Shown piece after piece: positions 1 to 12,187 of a stretch of 64,000 nucleotides of DNA. Within the stretch, counting starts at the first letter, position 1. Every line of letters starts with the position of its first letter. The notes below the pieces were generated by a model. That model was not told where the DNA came from. It did not search any database and saw only the letters and a list, made by a program, of their open reading frames with translations. This DNA comes from Macrostomum hystrix. Taxonomy: Eukaryota; Animalia; Platyhelminthes. The stretch lies in NCBI GenBank assembly GCA_950097015.1, contig CATNEN010000003.1, positions 3,906,001-3,970,000 on the forward strand, given 5' to 3'. The position numbers and the translations under genes are program-made.

Positions 1-595
1 TCTCACAATGCGCTGCAGACCAACTTTCACTGCGAATCCTTTGGGAACATATGGACATCACAGTGGGGATTCTGTCTCCGTTTGACTCCTTGTATTATAT
101 GGAAATCTCGCGACAGACTGTAGACAGACAGACTGGCTGGCACAGGTAGATATCCTAATAAATAGTGTTTTTTTTCACTAAATTTGTCCCATCGGGACAA
201 TTTTTTCCCATCGGTGACACTTCAATTGTTGTAACAAATCATTCTGTAGTATTAGGCTTCACCATTGGCTTGGACCTCTAACTGAGCTGCTGAGCAAACA
301 CTCGCGCGTGTAGCCAATAATAATTTTCTCTCAGATTTTTTTCTCTGGCCTTTTATTCTTCGCATTTGACACTTGCTATTCTGCTTAGTGGGAACAGATT
401 GTTCAACTTTATTAGCTGGCTTATTGTTAATTTGGGACAGATTAACATTCTTTATTTAAAGCGAATGTCTGATGAGAATTATTAATTGGGAAGCTAAGAT
501 ATTGTTCGCTGAATAGCAAGTATTCTGGTATAATTTTTTCATTTCAGATTTTTTCTGAATTCAATTTTGTCTGCCTTACTAATTGCTGCTCCCAC

Positions 596-2100
596 TGTTC
601 TCCTCTCACCCCACTTCTCCTCTCTCCCTCTCACCCCACTTCTCCTCTCACCCCACTTCTCCTCTCACCCCACTTCTCCTCTCACCCCACTTCTCCTCTC
701 TCCCTCTCACCCCACTTCTCCTCTCTCCCTCTCACCCCACTTCTCCTCTCTCCCTCTCACTCCACTTCTCCTCTCTCCCTCTCACTCCACTTCTCCTCTC
801 ACCCCACTTCTCCTCTCTAATTCTCCTCTGACCCCACTTCTCCTCTCTCCCTCTCACCCCACTTCTCCTCGTCTCTTTCCCTCTCACTCCACCCTTCCTC
901 CCTCTCAACCCACTTCTCCTCTCTAATTCTCCTCTGACCCCACTTCTCCTCTCTCCCTCTCACTCCACTTCTCCTCTCACCCCACTTCTCCTCTCTCCCT
1001 CTCACTCCACTTCTCCTCTCACCCCACTTCTCCTCTCTCCCTCTCACCCCACTTCTCCTCTCTCCCTCTCACTCCACTTCTCCTCTCTCCCTCTCACCCC
1101 ACTTCTCCTCTCTCCCTCTCACTCCACTTCTCCTCTCTCCCTCTCACCCCACTTCTCCTCTCTCCCTCTCACTCCACTTCTCCTCTCTCCCTCTCACCCC
1201 ACTTCTCCTCTCTCCCTCTCACTCCACTTCTCCTCTCAAATTCTCCTCTGACCCCACTTCTCCTCTCAAATTCTCCTCTGACCCCACTTCTCCTCTCTCC
1301 CTCTCACCCCACTTCTCCTCGTCTCTCTCCCTCTCACCCCACTTCTCCTCTCTCCCTCTCACTCCACTTCTCCTCTCTCCCTCTCACCCCACTTCTCCTC
1401 TCTCCCTCTCACTCCACTTCTCCTCTCTCCCTCTCACCCCACTTCTCCTCTCTCCCTCTCACTCCACTTCTCCTCTCAAATTCTCCTCTGACCCCACTTC
1501 TCCTCTCAAATTCTCCTCTGACCCCACTTCTCCTCTCTCCCTCTCACCCCACTTCTCCTCGTCTCTCTCCCTCTCACCCCACTTCTCCTCTCTCCCTCTC
1601 ACCCCACTTCTCCTCGTCTCTCTCCCTCTCACCCCACTTCTCCTCTCTCTCCCTCTCACCCCACTTCTCGTCTCTCTCCCTCTCACTCCACCCTTCCTCC
1701 CTCTCACCCCACTTCTCCTCTCTCCCTCTCACTCCACTTCTCCTCTGACCCCACTTCTCCTCTGACCCCACTTCTCCTCTCTCCCTCTCACTCCACTTCT
1801 CCTCTCACCCCACTTCTCCTCTCACCCCACTTCTCCTCGTCTCTTTCCCTCTCACTCCACCCTTCCTCCCTCTCAACCCACTTCTCCTCTCTCCCTCTCA
1901 CCCCACTTCTCCTCTCTCAATCCACTTCTCCTCTCTCCCTCTCACCCCACTTCTCCTCTCTCCCTCTCAACCCACTTCTCCTCTCTCCCTCTCACCCCAC
2001 TTCTCCTCTCTCAATCCACTTCTCCTCTCTCATCCCACTTCTCCTCGTCTCTCTTTCTCTCACTCCACCCTTCCTCTCTCCCTCTCAACTAACTTCTCCT
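596..2100. repeat. Pyrimidine-rich minisatellite (~25-bp unit CTCTCACCCCACTTCTCCTCTCTCC with variants)
   Basis: Tandem repetition is directly visible; the overlapping ORFs are periodic artefacts. Confidence 0.95.
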
Positions 2101-2595
2101 CTCTACCTATCCCAAGATTTTCACTCCTATCCGCTCTATGACTGAAAGGTTAATAACAATTGCACCAAGACGGGAGTTAGATGCGATAGCTAGCAACAAA
2201 TAGCTAGCATTCTCTACACAAGCACCTCTGAAAATGCCTATCGAGAGTAGGTTTGAGACTCGATTTTATCCATTCCATCGAATGAAAGAAAACAAAGACC
2301 CAACTAAACTGCGTGGGTCTTGGCTGGGAAATTATTGCAACGTCAGCCAGCTGCACCCGGGCTCCATTGGTGGCTGGTTGAAGAACGATGGAGAGCAGAG
2401 ACTGGGATATGAAGCAGCGAGCTGAAGTGGCACTAGTGAAGGGTAGGGTCAAACCTCTCCTGATAATACTGCCAAGGACTGCCTACTCATGAATGCGTAG
2501 ATCTGGGGCAACTCAAATAGTCCGCTATAGGAGATCTAAAGGATTCCCTATTTTCAACATTTCCTGGCTTTGCGTGACGTGTGAGTCAGTTTAAA

Positions 2596-3695
2596 AGAGA
2601 AGGGTGAGAGTCAGTGAGAGAGAAGGGTGAGAGTCAGTGAGAGATAAGGGTGAGAGTCAGTGAGAGATAAGGGTGAGAGTCAGTGAGAGAGAAGGGTGAG
2701 AGTCAGTGAGAGAGAAGGGTGAGAGTCAGTGAGAGATAAGGGTGAGAGTCAGTGAGAGAGAAGGGTGAGAGAGATGGGTGAGATTCAGTGACAGAGATAA
2801 GGGTGAGAGTCAGTGACAGAGATAAGGGTGAGAGTCAGTGAGAGAGAAGGGTGAGAGAGATGGGTGAGATTCAGTGACAGAGATAAGGGTGAGATTCAGT
2901 GACAGAGATAAGGGTGAGAGTCAGTGACAAAGATAAGGGTGAGATTCAGTGACAGAGATAAGGGTGAGAGTCAGTGACAGAGATAAGGGTGAGATTCAGT
3001 GACAGAGATAAGGGTGAGAGTCAGTGAGAGAGAGATGGGTGAGAGTCAGTGAGAGAGAAGGGTGAGAGTCAGTGACTGAGATAAGGGTGAGAGTCAGTGA
3101 GAGAGAAGGGTGAGAGTCAGTGACAGAGATAAGGGTGAGAGTCAGTGAGAGAGAGATGGGTGAGATTCAGTGACAGAGATAAGGGTGAGAGTCAGTGACA
3201 GAGATAAGGGTGAGAGTCAGTGAGAGAGAGATGGGTGAGAGTCAGTGAGAAGGAAGGGTGAGAGTCAGTGACAGAGATAAGGGTGAGAGTCAGTGAGAGA
3301 GAGATGGGTGAGAGTCAGTGAGAGAGAAGGGTGAGAGTCAGTGACAGAGATAAGGGTGAGAGTCAGTGAGAGAGAGATGGGTGAGATTCAGTGACAGAGA
3401 TAAGGGTGAGAGTCAGTGACAAAGATAAGGGTGAGATTCAGTGACAGAGATAAGGGTGAGAGTCAGTGACAGAGATAAGGGTGAGATTCAGTGACAGAGA
3501 TAAGGGTGAGAGTCAGTGAGAGAGAGATGGGTGAGAGTCAGTGAGAGAGAAGGGTGAGAGTCAGTGACAGAGATAAGGGTGAGAGTCAGTGAGAGAGAGA
3601 TGGGTGAGAGTCAGTGAGAGAGAAGGGTGAGAGTCAGTGACAGAGATAAGGGTGAGAGTCAGTGAGAGAGAGAAGGGTGAGAGTCAGTGAGAGAA
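2596..3695. repeat. Purine-rich minisatellite (~23-25-bp unit GGGTGAGAGTCAGTGAGAGAGAA / ...GACAGAGATAA)
   Basis: Tandem repetition directly visible. Confidence 0.95.
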
Positions 3696-4794
3696 GGCGA
3701 TAGGAAGGTCACGGAAGCAAAGAAGTTGAGAAGAAGAATAGGACAAACTGCAATGAGAAGATGGTTTTCAAATGGCCAATGAAACTATTTAAAAAATGAC
3801 AAAGAATTAGACGAGCCCATAAAAACGTTCCAAGCGGCCTAGCTAACAGTTTTATAAATAATTTTCTTCAGCTTCCAGAAAATTTAAGTTTTTTTCTCCC
3901 TCTTAAAAAATGCGGCTAGCCGAAATGCAAAAGCAACATTTCCCATTGCTGTATAATTAATTCAAGTTCTCATTGGGGAAAAAGCACACGCGCGCTACCA
4001 ATGGTTTTCCCCCAAGGCTGAGAAGGAACTCTAAGGCCAGAAAACGGGAGGGATTTCTGCAGATTCCTCCCAAGTTTGAACTCACGAAAGCTCCTGCTCA
4101 GTATAGTTTAGATTGGAGTAGCGGTGAGTGTGTGCCTAGACTCAAATAGCCTTAACTTTTATATTATAAAACCCCCCCCACCAGTGTGTGTGCTGTGAGT
4201 GGGAATGCCACACACCTGTGAAATATTAATGTTTTTAGCTCTCCAGCATTTTTTCCGCCTCCCTACCTACACGCAGCGCGGGGCGGCAATATAATAAGTA
4301 TATAGACAGACGGGCTGGTTGAGGAAAAGACGCGGCCTTACTAACGCCCATCTTCCCTCTCTCTCTCTCTTCCTCATCCCTACTCCCCAGCACTCCTCTG
4401 CGAGACCTGATGCAGTTGAGGCGGGTGATTCAACATTGTTCTACCGAGTATTGTTAGAGGGCTTTGAGAAATCCTCTATAGTGGACTGTCGCGTTTTACA
4501 GTCTATTTTGTGAGTTGGTCTAGCTCGTACTCCAACTTTCACATACTTGTGGCCGACTCAAATGAGAGGAAAATTTTGAAGTTGCCATGAAACTCTATTT
4601 GTTTTTTTTAGATTATGAATGCTGTTAATAGTGCTTAATTTTTTATGGTGTCAATAAGCCGGTAATAAACTGCTTCTTATTCCCATTTCCAGCTGCAGAA
4701 TATCTAGCTGGGAATCTGTTACGGATCTCGATAGGATCTTAATTATTGTTTAGAATCTACATATAACTCTATATGTATGATCTATATGATCTAT

Positions 4795-5965
4795 TTGGGG
4801 ATCTAGATGGGATCTAGTTGGGGATCTAGTTAGGGATCCATTTAAGGATCTAGTTGGGATCTAATTGGGGATCAAGTTGGGATCAAGTTGGGGATCTAGT
4901 TGGTATCCAGTTTACGATCGAGTTAAGGATCTAGTTGAGGATCTAGTTGGGGATCTAGTTGAGGATCTAGTTGGGGATCTAGTTGTGAATCTAGTTCGAA
5001 ATCTAGTTGAGGATCTAGTTGGGGATCTAGTTGGGGATCTAGTTGTGGATCTAGTTAAGGATCTAGTTGGGGATCTAGTTGGGGATCTAGTTGGTATCCA
5101 GTTTACGATCGAGTTAAGGATCTAGTTGAGGATCTAGTTGGGGATCTAGTTGTGGATCTAGTTGGGGATCTAGTTGAGGATCTAGTTGGGGATCTAGTTG
5201 GGGATCTAGTTGTGGATCTAGTTAAGGATCTAGTTGGGGATCTAGTTGGGGATCTAGTTGGTATCCAGTTTACGATCGAGTTAAGGATCTAGTTGAGGAT
5301 CTAGTTGGGGATCTAGTTGAGGATCTAGTTGGGGATCTAGTTGGAGATCTAGTTAAGGATCTAGTTGAGGATCTAGTTGGAGATCTAGTTGTGAATCTAG
5401 TTGGGAATCTAGTTGAGGATCTAGTTGGGGATCTAGTTGGGGATCTAGTTGGGGATCCAGTTAAGGATCTAGTTGGGGATCTAGTTGGGGATCTAGTTGG
5501 GGATCTAGTTAAGGATCTAGTTAAGGATCTAGTTGTGGATCTAGTTAAGGATCTAGTTGAGAATCTAGTTAAGGATATAGTTGAGAATCTAGTTGGGGAT
5601 CTAGTTAGGGATCTAGTTGGGGATCTAGTTAAGGATCTAGTTAAGGATCTAGTTGAGGATCTAGTTGGGGATCTAGTTGAGGATCTAGTTGGGGATCTAG
5701 TTTGAGATCTAGTTAAGGATATAGTTAAGGATCTAGTTAAGGATCTAGTTGAGGATCTAGTTGAGGATCTAGTTGGGGATCTAGTTTGAGATCTAGTTAA
5801 GGATATAGTTAAGGATCTAGTTAAGGATCTAGTTGAGGATCTAGTTGAGGATCTAGTTGGGGATCTAGTTAAGGATATAGTTGGGAATCTAGTTAGTAAT
5901 TTAGTTGGTGATCTTGTTGGGGATCTACTTGGGGATCTAGTTAAGGATGTAGTTTGGGATCTTGT
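4795..5965. repeat. 12-bp minisatellite GGATCTAGTT(GG/GA/AA/GT)
   Basis: Tandem repetition; produces the DLVG/DLVE pseudo-ORFs. Confidence 0.95.
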
Positions 5966-6752
5966 TGATTATGAAGTTGAGACTTAGTTTCGTAATATTT
6001 TGGGACTGAATTTGTGTTTTTCTACATTTCAGAACTACTTTAAGGTAAAGTGATGACGGACATGTAGCAGTAGCTCATTCGGCACAGTTTCGTTGAAACC
6101 TTAAAACTGTTTCGTTGCACCTGCTGCTTCTTTCGAATCATAACGAATGAACTTCAATTACCAAAAGCAATTAGATTTGTTGGTTATCCTTACAGCTATT
6201 TGTGAGTGAGTGTGCATCATTTTTCTCCTATCTATGACGGGTCAAGTATATTGGTGAATAGTTAATAGAATCACAGTGTTTTACAAAAAAGCAATCTATA
6301 CTTATACGCTAGTATAATAACGCTTTATTATATCTTCTCGGTTACAACTAGCTGCAATGCCATTATGTACAGTGTGCTCAAAGCCAGACACATGCGGGAT
6401 GCAATATACACAAGTATGTGAGTTTGCTTCAATTTGCGTGAGAAAAAAGCGTTTGAGAATCTGTTTACACAAACAAACTGCGGGTTGCTCTGACTTGCTA
6501 GAAAAAAACACGAGCAAACAAGCAAAAAAAAACATAATTTGCTTGCACAAATTGAGTTCAGCGAAACCAGACACTATAATTTCAGCATGCAGCGCAGTTC
6601 ATTGTCATTTTGGAAGCTGCAGGAAATGTTTGTTGTATTCTAACAATCTCCTGAATCATTTATCAACTATCTCAACAGCGTCCTTAAAAATCTTCCAGCA
6701 CTTCCTGAAGTCACCTTCTGAAGGGATCTTCTCGACGACGACACGGGACCGA

Positions 6753-8517
6753 TCAGTGCGGGCTTGGGTGCATTCCTGGGGTTGCGAATTTCATCCGCTT
6801 CTGCTTCTGGCGCTGGTTGCAGAACCAGACTCGCACAACGTTCTTCTTCAGGTTGAGCTTCTCAGCGATCTGGGCGATCTTCTCCGATGATGGCCGCGGC
6901 TGCACGTGGAAGTAGGCCTCCAGCGAGCGCTTCTCGGCGTCCGTTATCGACGTCCGCTTGCGCTTCTTGTCTAGACCGTCGCCGTAGACGTCCGGGTTCT
7001 TCTGACGCTCCATGGCGACGTGCTCGGCCTCCTCCAGCCAGGCCTGCAGCACCGGCTTCAGCGCGATCATGTTGTTGTGGCTCAGGGTCAGCGACTCGAA
7101 CCGGCAGATGGTCGACTGGGACAGCGAGCCGACGCCGGGCAGCTTGAGGTTGCCGAGGGCCTTGCCAACATCGGCCTGAGTGACGCCCAGTTTAATGCGC
7201 CTCTGTTTGAATCGTTCAGCGAAGGCTTCGAGTTCGCGAGGATCATAGTCCATGAGTTCCACGGCGGTGGCCGCCGCGACACTGGCGTAGTGAGACGACG
7301 GGCTCATACACTGCTGCTGCTGCTGTTGATGCTGTTGCAACTGCTGCTGATGCTGCTGGAGCTGCTGCTGCTGCTGCTCGTGCTGCTGCTGGTGATGATG
7401 CAGCTGCTGATGCTGTAGCTGCTGATGACCTGCAGCGACCATATGTGGATTCGTTGGATAGGCCAGATTTTGATAGCCGCCATAGCCCACCATCGCCTGC
7501 ATGTGATGATGATGGCCCAGCTCCTGCTGCTGCTGCTGCTGATGCTGCTGATGATGATGATGCTGCTGATGATGCATCTGGTCCTGCATGTACAGCGTAT
7601 GCGGCGGCTGCATCTGGGCATAAAGGTTCTCCTGGTGATGTCGCAGGAAGGCTGGCATGCCGCCGCCATTCCCGGGCTTGACATCCGAGCAGACACCGCC
7701 ACCGCCGTCAACCAGACTGTTGGCTGCGGCGCGAGCCAGAAGCTGATGATCGTCCAACGAGAATGGAGCCCCAGGAACTGCAGCCTGAGTGGAATGGTCG
7801 TCAGGGAAAGGCTGGTTTGTTTCTCAGGCTATAACAGTAGAGCTTTAGTGCAGCAAGAAATCTATAATTGATTATTATGCTGCCTCAGACGCCGCGACTA
7901 CACGCATTTAATTTATTTATAACGAGAAGAAGGCGACTCAAACTCCGGCGCCAGTAGGTTTTGCGAGTGCAGGTCAGCATGTGCTTATATTCTAAAGGGC
8001 GTCAGTTTTATGGCCGTTAAATTATACAAAATGAGCATTATGAAAAATTCAATGCTTTCGGGGCCATGAGTTCAGCTTTCAGTTTGGTGTGGAAATTCTG
8101 CTCCCTAATAGCGGGACAGAAATCAGGTATATAGGCCATGCAGTCATGCAGGCTATTAACGAACGGTCAGGACTGGTTGCCAGCCCCAATCCCTCACACA
8201 CTTTCCTTCGCTGCCGCGCGAAATGCCACCGAGCCTCTCCATGCTTTCCCTACCTGGAGACCAGCTGACTTCAATTCTGTTCTCCCACGCATATACTATA
8301 GAGAAGTTTGTTGACTTTTGTCTGTCAGATATCAGTGTTAAGCAGGAGTTCATGCGTTCTCACAATATGTGGTACTCACCGTTGCGTTGCCGCATCGCCT
8401 GACCGCCATGTCCCAGGGTGAGCCGCGATACGACACGGACTGGCCATAGAGGCTGTCAACCATCGCCAGCTCGTGCGGACTGCCCGCCGAGCCAGCCGCT
8501 GTCGTTGATGAAGCCAT
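6753..8517 (-). CDS. pou4: Class IV POU homeodomain transcription factor (Brn3/POU4F/unc-86 family), 2 coding exons, ~389 aa
   Basis: Exon 1 8517-8380 (MASSTT...WDMAVRRCGNAT|gtgagt) joins in phase 0 to exon 2 7784-6753 (acceptor ...cattccactcag). The junction rebuilds a POU-IV box (RRC...FSLDDHQLLARA). POU-specific domain DPRELEAFAERFKQRRIKLGVTQADVG...SQSTICRFESLTLSHNNM; homeodomain KKRKRTSI...VVRVWFCNQRQKQKRMK; polyQ/H tract. Confidence 0.95.
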
Positions 8518-9324
8518 GTCTTTCTCGGTCGCTACAAAGATCTGATTAGAATTCTATTCAACAGTTAATTAGGCTACTGATAGATAATTGTGTTTGATTG
8601 AACACACAGTCACCTTAGCTGGCTCTGTGTGTGTGTGTGGGGGTGTCTGAGGTATCCGGGGTCAATCTTCAGGTTCGGACTGGGTGAAACCTGAGGTGTG
8701 TGGTGTGTGCAGGAGTGTGTGAGAACGAGAGAGAGAGAGAGGCGGCCTAGGGCTCAGGTGAATAATTTAGCTAGCTTCAATTATTCAAACTTTCAACACT
8801 TTAAATTGCGGGAAGGAATGGGGATGCCCAACTTTGGGGACAAGAACTCACGGCTGGATGGCTGTGGCTGCCAAACTGGCCCTGGCCAATAGGACGCATC
8901 GACGATGCCGAGAAGCTGCTGCCGTGGACCCCACAGGTCTGAGCACTGTGTGCTCAAGACGGGAAGGAATGGATGTTGGGCCAGATGGGGGGAGAATTTT
9001 GCGGCGATCGGGCGTCCAATCAGAATTTTTTCGGGATTTTGTCGGGGGGGAAGAGGAGAAATTCAATGCGAATCCATGACCTGTCGACTGGAGCCCCACT
9101 TTTGGTGGATGCACGCTGAGGGCATATTTAAAATTAATGAAAAAAACTTCACCAATGCAGCCCTGCATTTATGCGTATATCTTGTGCTTTTTGTGTCCGT
9201 TATTTTAAACTAAACACTGCTAGCTGTTAGATACGTACGTAGAAAGTAAAGTTAATGCGTCTTATAAATCTGGCTAACTGACTCACATAACTATACCTAC
9301 TATATTTCCTTAGAAAGTAATACG

Positions 9325-9838
9325 CTTACTTACTTACTCACTTATTTACTTACTTACTTTACTTACTTGCATTGACTCACTCACTCACTCACTCACTAAT
9401 TCACTCACTCACTCACTCACTCACTCACTCACTCACTCACTCACTCACTCACTCACTCACTAATTCACTCACTCACTCACTCACTCACTCACTCACTCAC
9501 TCACTCACTAATTCACTCACTCACTCACTCACTCACTCACTCACTCACTCACTCACTAATTCACTCACTCACTCATTCACTCACTCACTCACTCACTCAC
9601 TCACTCACTAATTCACTCACTCACTCACTCACTAATTCACTCACTCACTAATTCACTCACTCACTCACTCACTAATTCACTCACTCACTCATTCACTCAC
9701 TCACTAATTCACTCACTCACTCACTCACTCACTCACTCACTCACTCACTAATTCACTCACTCACTCACTCACTCATTCACTCACTCACTCACTCACTCAC
9801 TCACTCATTCACTCACCCACTCACTCACTCACTCACTC
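9325..9838. repeat. (TTAC)n followed by a long (CACT)n tetranucleotide microsatellite
   Basis: Directly visible. Confidence 0.97.
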
Positions 9839-10174
9839 AACGCGCTATTTATTAAATTTTATTCTGGCAGTAGTGTACTTACCATTCTACTTATAGTATG
9901 CTGACTACGTAAAATATTGAATTTTACTGCATAGAATTTGTTATATCAGAAGCAAGATATTCTACACTACGTTTCTACATGTACATATATATATATTTTA
10001 GAAAAAAAACTAAAAATAAATTTCGTAGTCTGTGGCCCGACTGTGCAAAGTGCAATTTAATTATTTAACGAGTATAATACAAGACCAAAGTTCATAACCT
10101 CACGATAATTCTCTAATTATACTGCAAATCATTTTGATCTAATCAGTCAAATCTGCTACTCTCTTGCAGCCGCA

Positions 10175-10813
10175 ATGACTGACACAAAACTGTCCGTTAA
10201 GCAGGGCATTGTGAAGCGCATGTACGAAAATGAACAATACTGTCGACAGATACAACTGAACGAATTAAGTTCAGACTCAGATAGAAGTGAAGACTCAATG
10301 TTTGAGCCCAGGAAGCATCACCAGGCTCACAAGACTCAATCACAGGCTAGTGCTATAGGGCCAGTAAAGCATCAAATGAAGCCGAACGTCGCCAGCTCGC
10401 GTGTCCAAACTGTTCCCAACTTCTTTGTAAACAACTTTGGCACTTGCGACATCATCTCGCTCTGCTTGACCTTCGCTACTTGCCTGCTGTACGCTGGCGG
10501 TTTTTATCTGTGGCTGTTTCACGGATTGTTTCCAACGAAGACAGCCAAGCCTAGCTGGGCCTCGGCAGGTGTGTTCTGTATCTGCTGCTCCAGCAGCCTA
10601 CTGCTGCTGCACTTGCTTATTTGCTTCGGTCGAGTCGCTCTAAACTCGTCGCCGTCTCAGCGAGAACTAGAAATGTTTACAGCCTTCTCGAGGCGATGCA
10701 AAATGGTCGCGAACGTTGAAGAGGTTGAGACTGTACCATTCGAGTTATACGGCGAGTTTAACGAGGACATCGACCAATCGCCCACCTACATTTTGGACCA
10801 GTCGGGCAGGTGA
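10175..10813 (+). CDS. Hypothetical 212-aa membrane protein with two hydrophobic segments
   Basis: Non-repetitive 212-codon ORF, GC-richer than its flanks. An acceptor-like ctcttgcag lies 5 nt before the ATG. Two TM-like stretches: IISLCLTFATCLLYAGGFYLWLF and WASAGVFCICCSSSLLLLHLLICFG. No family recognised. Confidence 0.6.
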   Translation: MTDTKLSVKQGIVKRMYENEQYCRQIQLNELSSDSDRSEDSMFEPRKHHQAHKTQSQASAIGPVKHQMKPNVASSRVQTVPNFFVNNFGTCDIISLCLTFATCLLYAGGFYLWLFHGLFPTKTAKPSWASAGVFCICCSSSLLLLHLLICFGRVALNSSPSQRELEMFTAFSRRCKMVANVEEVETVPFELYGEFNEDIDQSPTYILDQSGR

Positions 10814-12004
10814 CGCGCTCTGCTCATTTTGGGGCCGGCTCCTGGTCGGTCATTTCACCGGATGTTCTGCATTTAATATTCATGTTCATTCATGGCATAT
10901 GTTAACGGTTTGATTGTCAAAGCTGCAGTTTTGATTGCTTTATTCAAAATTGACGAAATCAATGCGAAGTTAAATATATATTTTAGGCTGTCCCAAAATG
11001 GAGAAAACAGGGCGCGCGCACTTATACGTGGCGCAGGATATACATTAATATAGAATTATATGTATATTATGTATATTTATATATATATGTTATTATTGGA
11101 CAAATCCTTCGGACTCCATCTTAAGAGACTGTGTGATTCAAACAATGTAATTTTTACTAAAAACTGATCAGTACACGTTTTCGAATTCAAGTTTTAAGAT
11201 TCATTCACTGGTACGCTTGGAAAGTCGGGCATTTTAAATTGCGTGCATATCAGCATGTGCATAATTGAGGACGACGTCGTATTTTGATATGGACAGTACA
11301 TAAGCCATGTACTTTTAATTTGTATACTTTAAATTCGTAGCAAGATACCTAAGTGGATTAATTGCAGCAGCAGGAAAGTGGATACAATACTTAAAACATC
11401 TAATTTAAATAAATTGTGTTTGAAAAGTGTTTGGTATATGCAGGTATAACGATGCTGAGCATAAAAAATGTCGCCGTCGATCTTCATGTATGCATATGCG
11501 GTTTGATTGTTGTTCGAAGCAAAAGTGGTAAAAAAGCAAAAGTAGCAAGACGTGATCATTTACATTGCAACTGACAAATAGCAGTTTTTTGTAACCCAGA
11601 ACAAATGCTATTAGTACTTTCACGAATGAACGCCAGTTAAATTCATATTATTAAAAATGAGACGAAAATTCAATTCGCGACATAGTAAACATTTAAACGC
11701 ATTTTGCGGACTGTTCTGGGCCCTTCTGGCACATATAGAAGTTATTTCATGCAAGCAGTCTGAAATTAATTGGAAGCAATGCACGAAACATCATCAATTG
11801 AAATTACAATTCACGTTTAATATAACTGGAGTTTGAAAGACTAATACTAACAAGCTACTCATAATATTATAAGAGCTTAAGTCAAAGAAAGTCTAATTAA
11901 AATTCAGCATAAACTTTCCAATCGTACCTGCGTAGCCTTTTTCGATTTCTGTATTAGCTGTCGACTTTATTAAGTATTTCTTCGAAGTAACGACTGTCGT
12001 TATC

Positions 12005-12093
12005 TGTTTACTAATTGTGCAGAACATTCTAGAAACTTCTCTACCAGAATTTTCCAATACACCCACCCACCGTTTACGTTGCCTTTATATAAA
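12005..12093 (+). promoter_or_regulatory. Heat-shock promoter of hsp70 copy A: perfect 4-unit HSE, TATA box, forkhead-type site
   Basis: aGAAcaTTCtaGAAacTTCt at 12021-12040; TATATAAA at 12086-12093; TGTTTAC at 12005-12011; ATG at 12188. Confidence 0.88.
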
Positions 12094-12187
12094 GACACCC
12101 AAAGCGCACTCCAAGAACAATTTTAAACGCTGAGTTGTCCAAGCTGTCCATCGTTGCCATTGAGTGAAGCTAGCGTATACAGCAACC

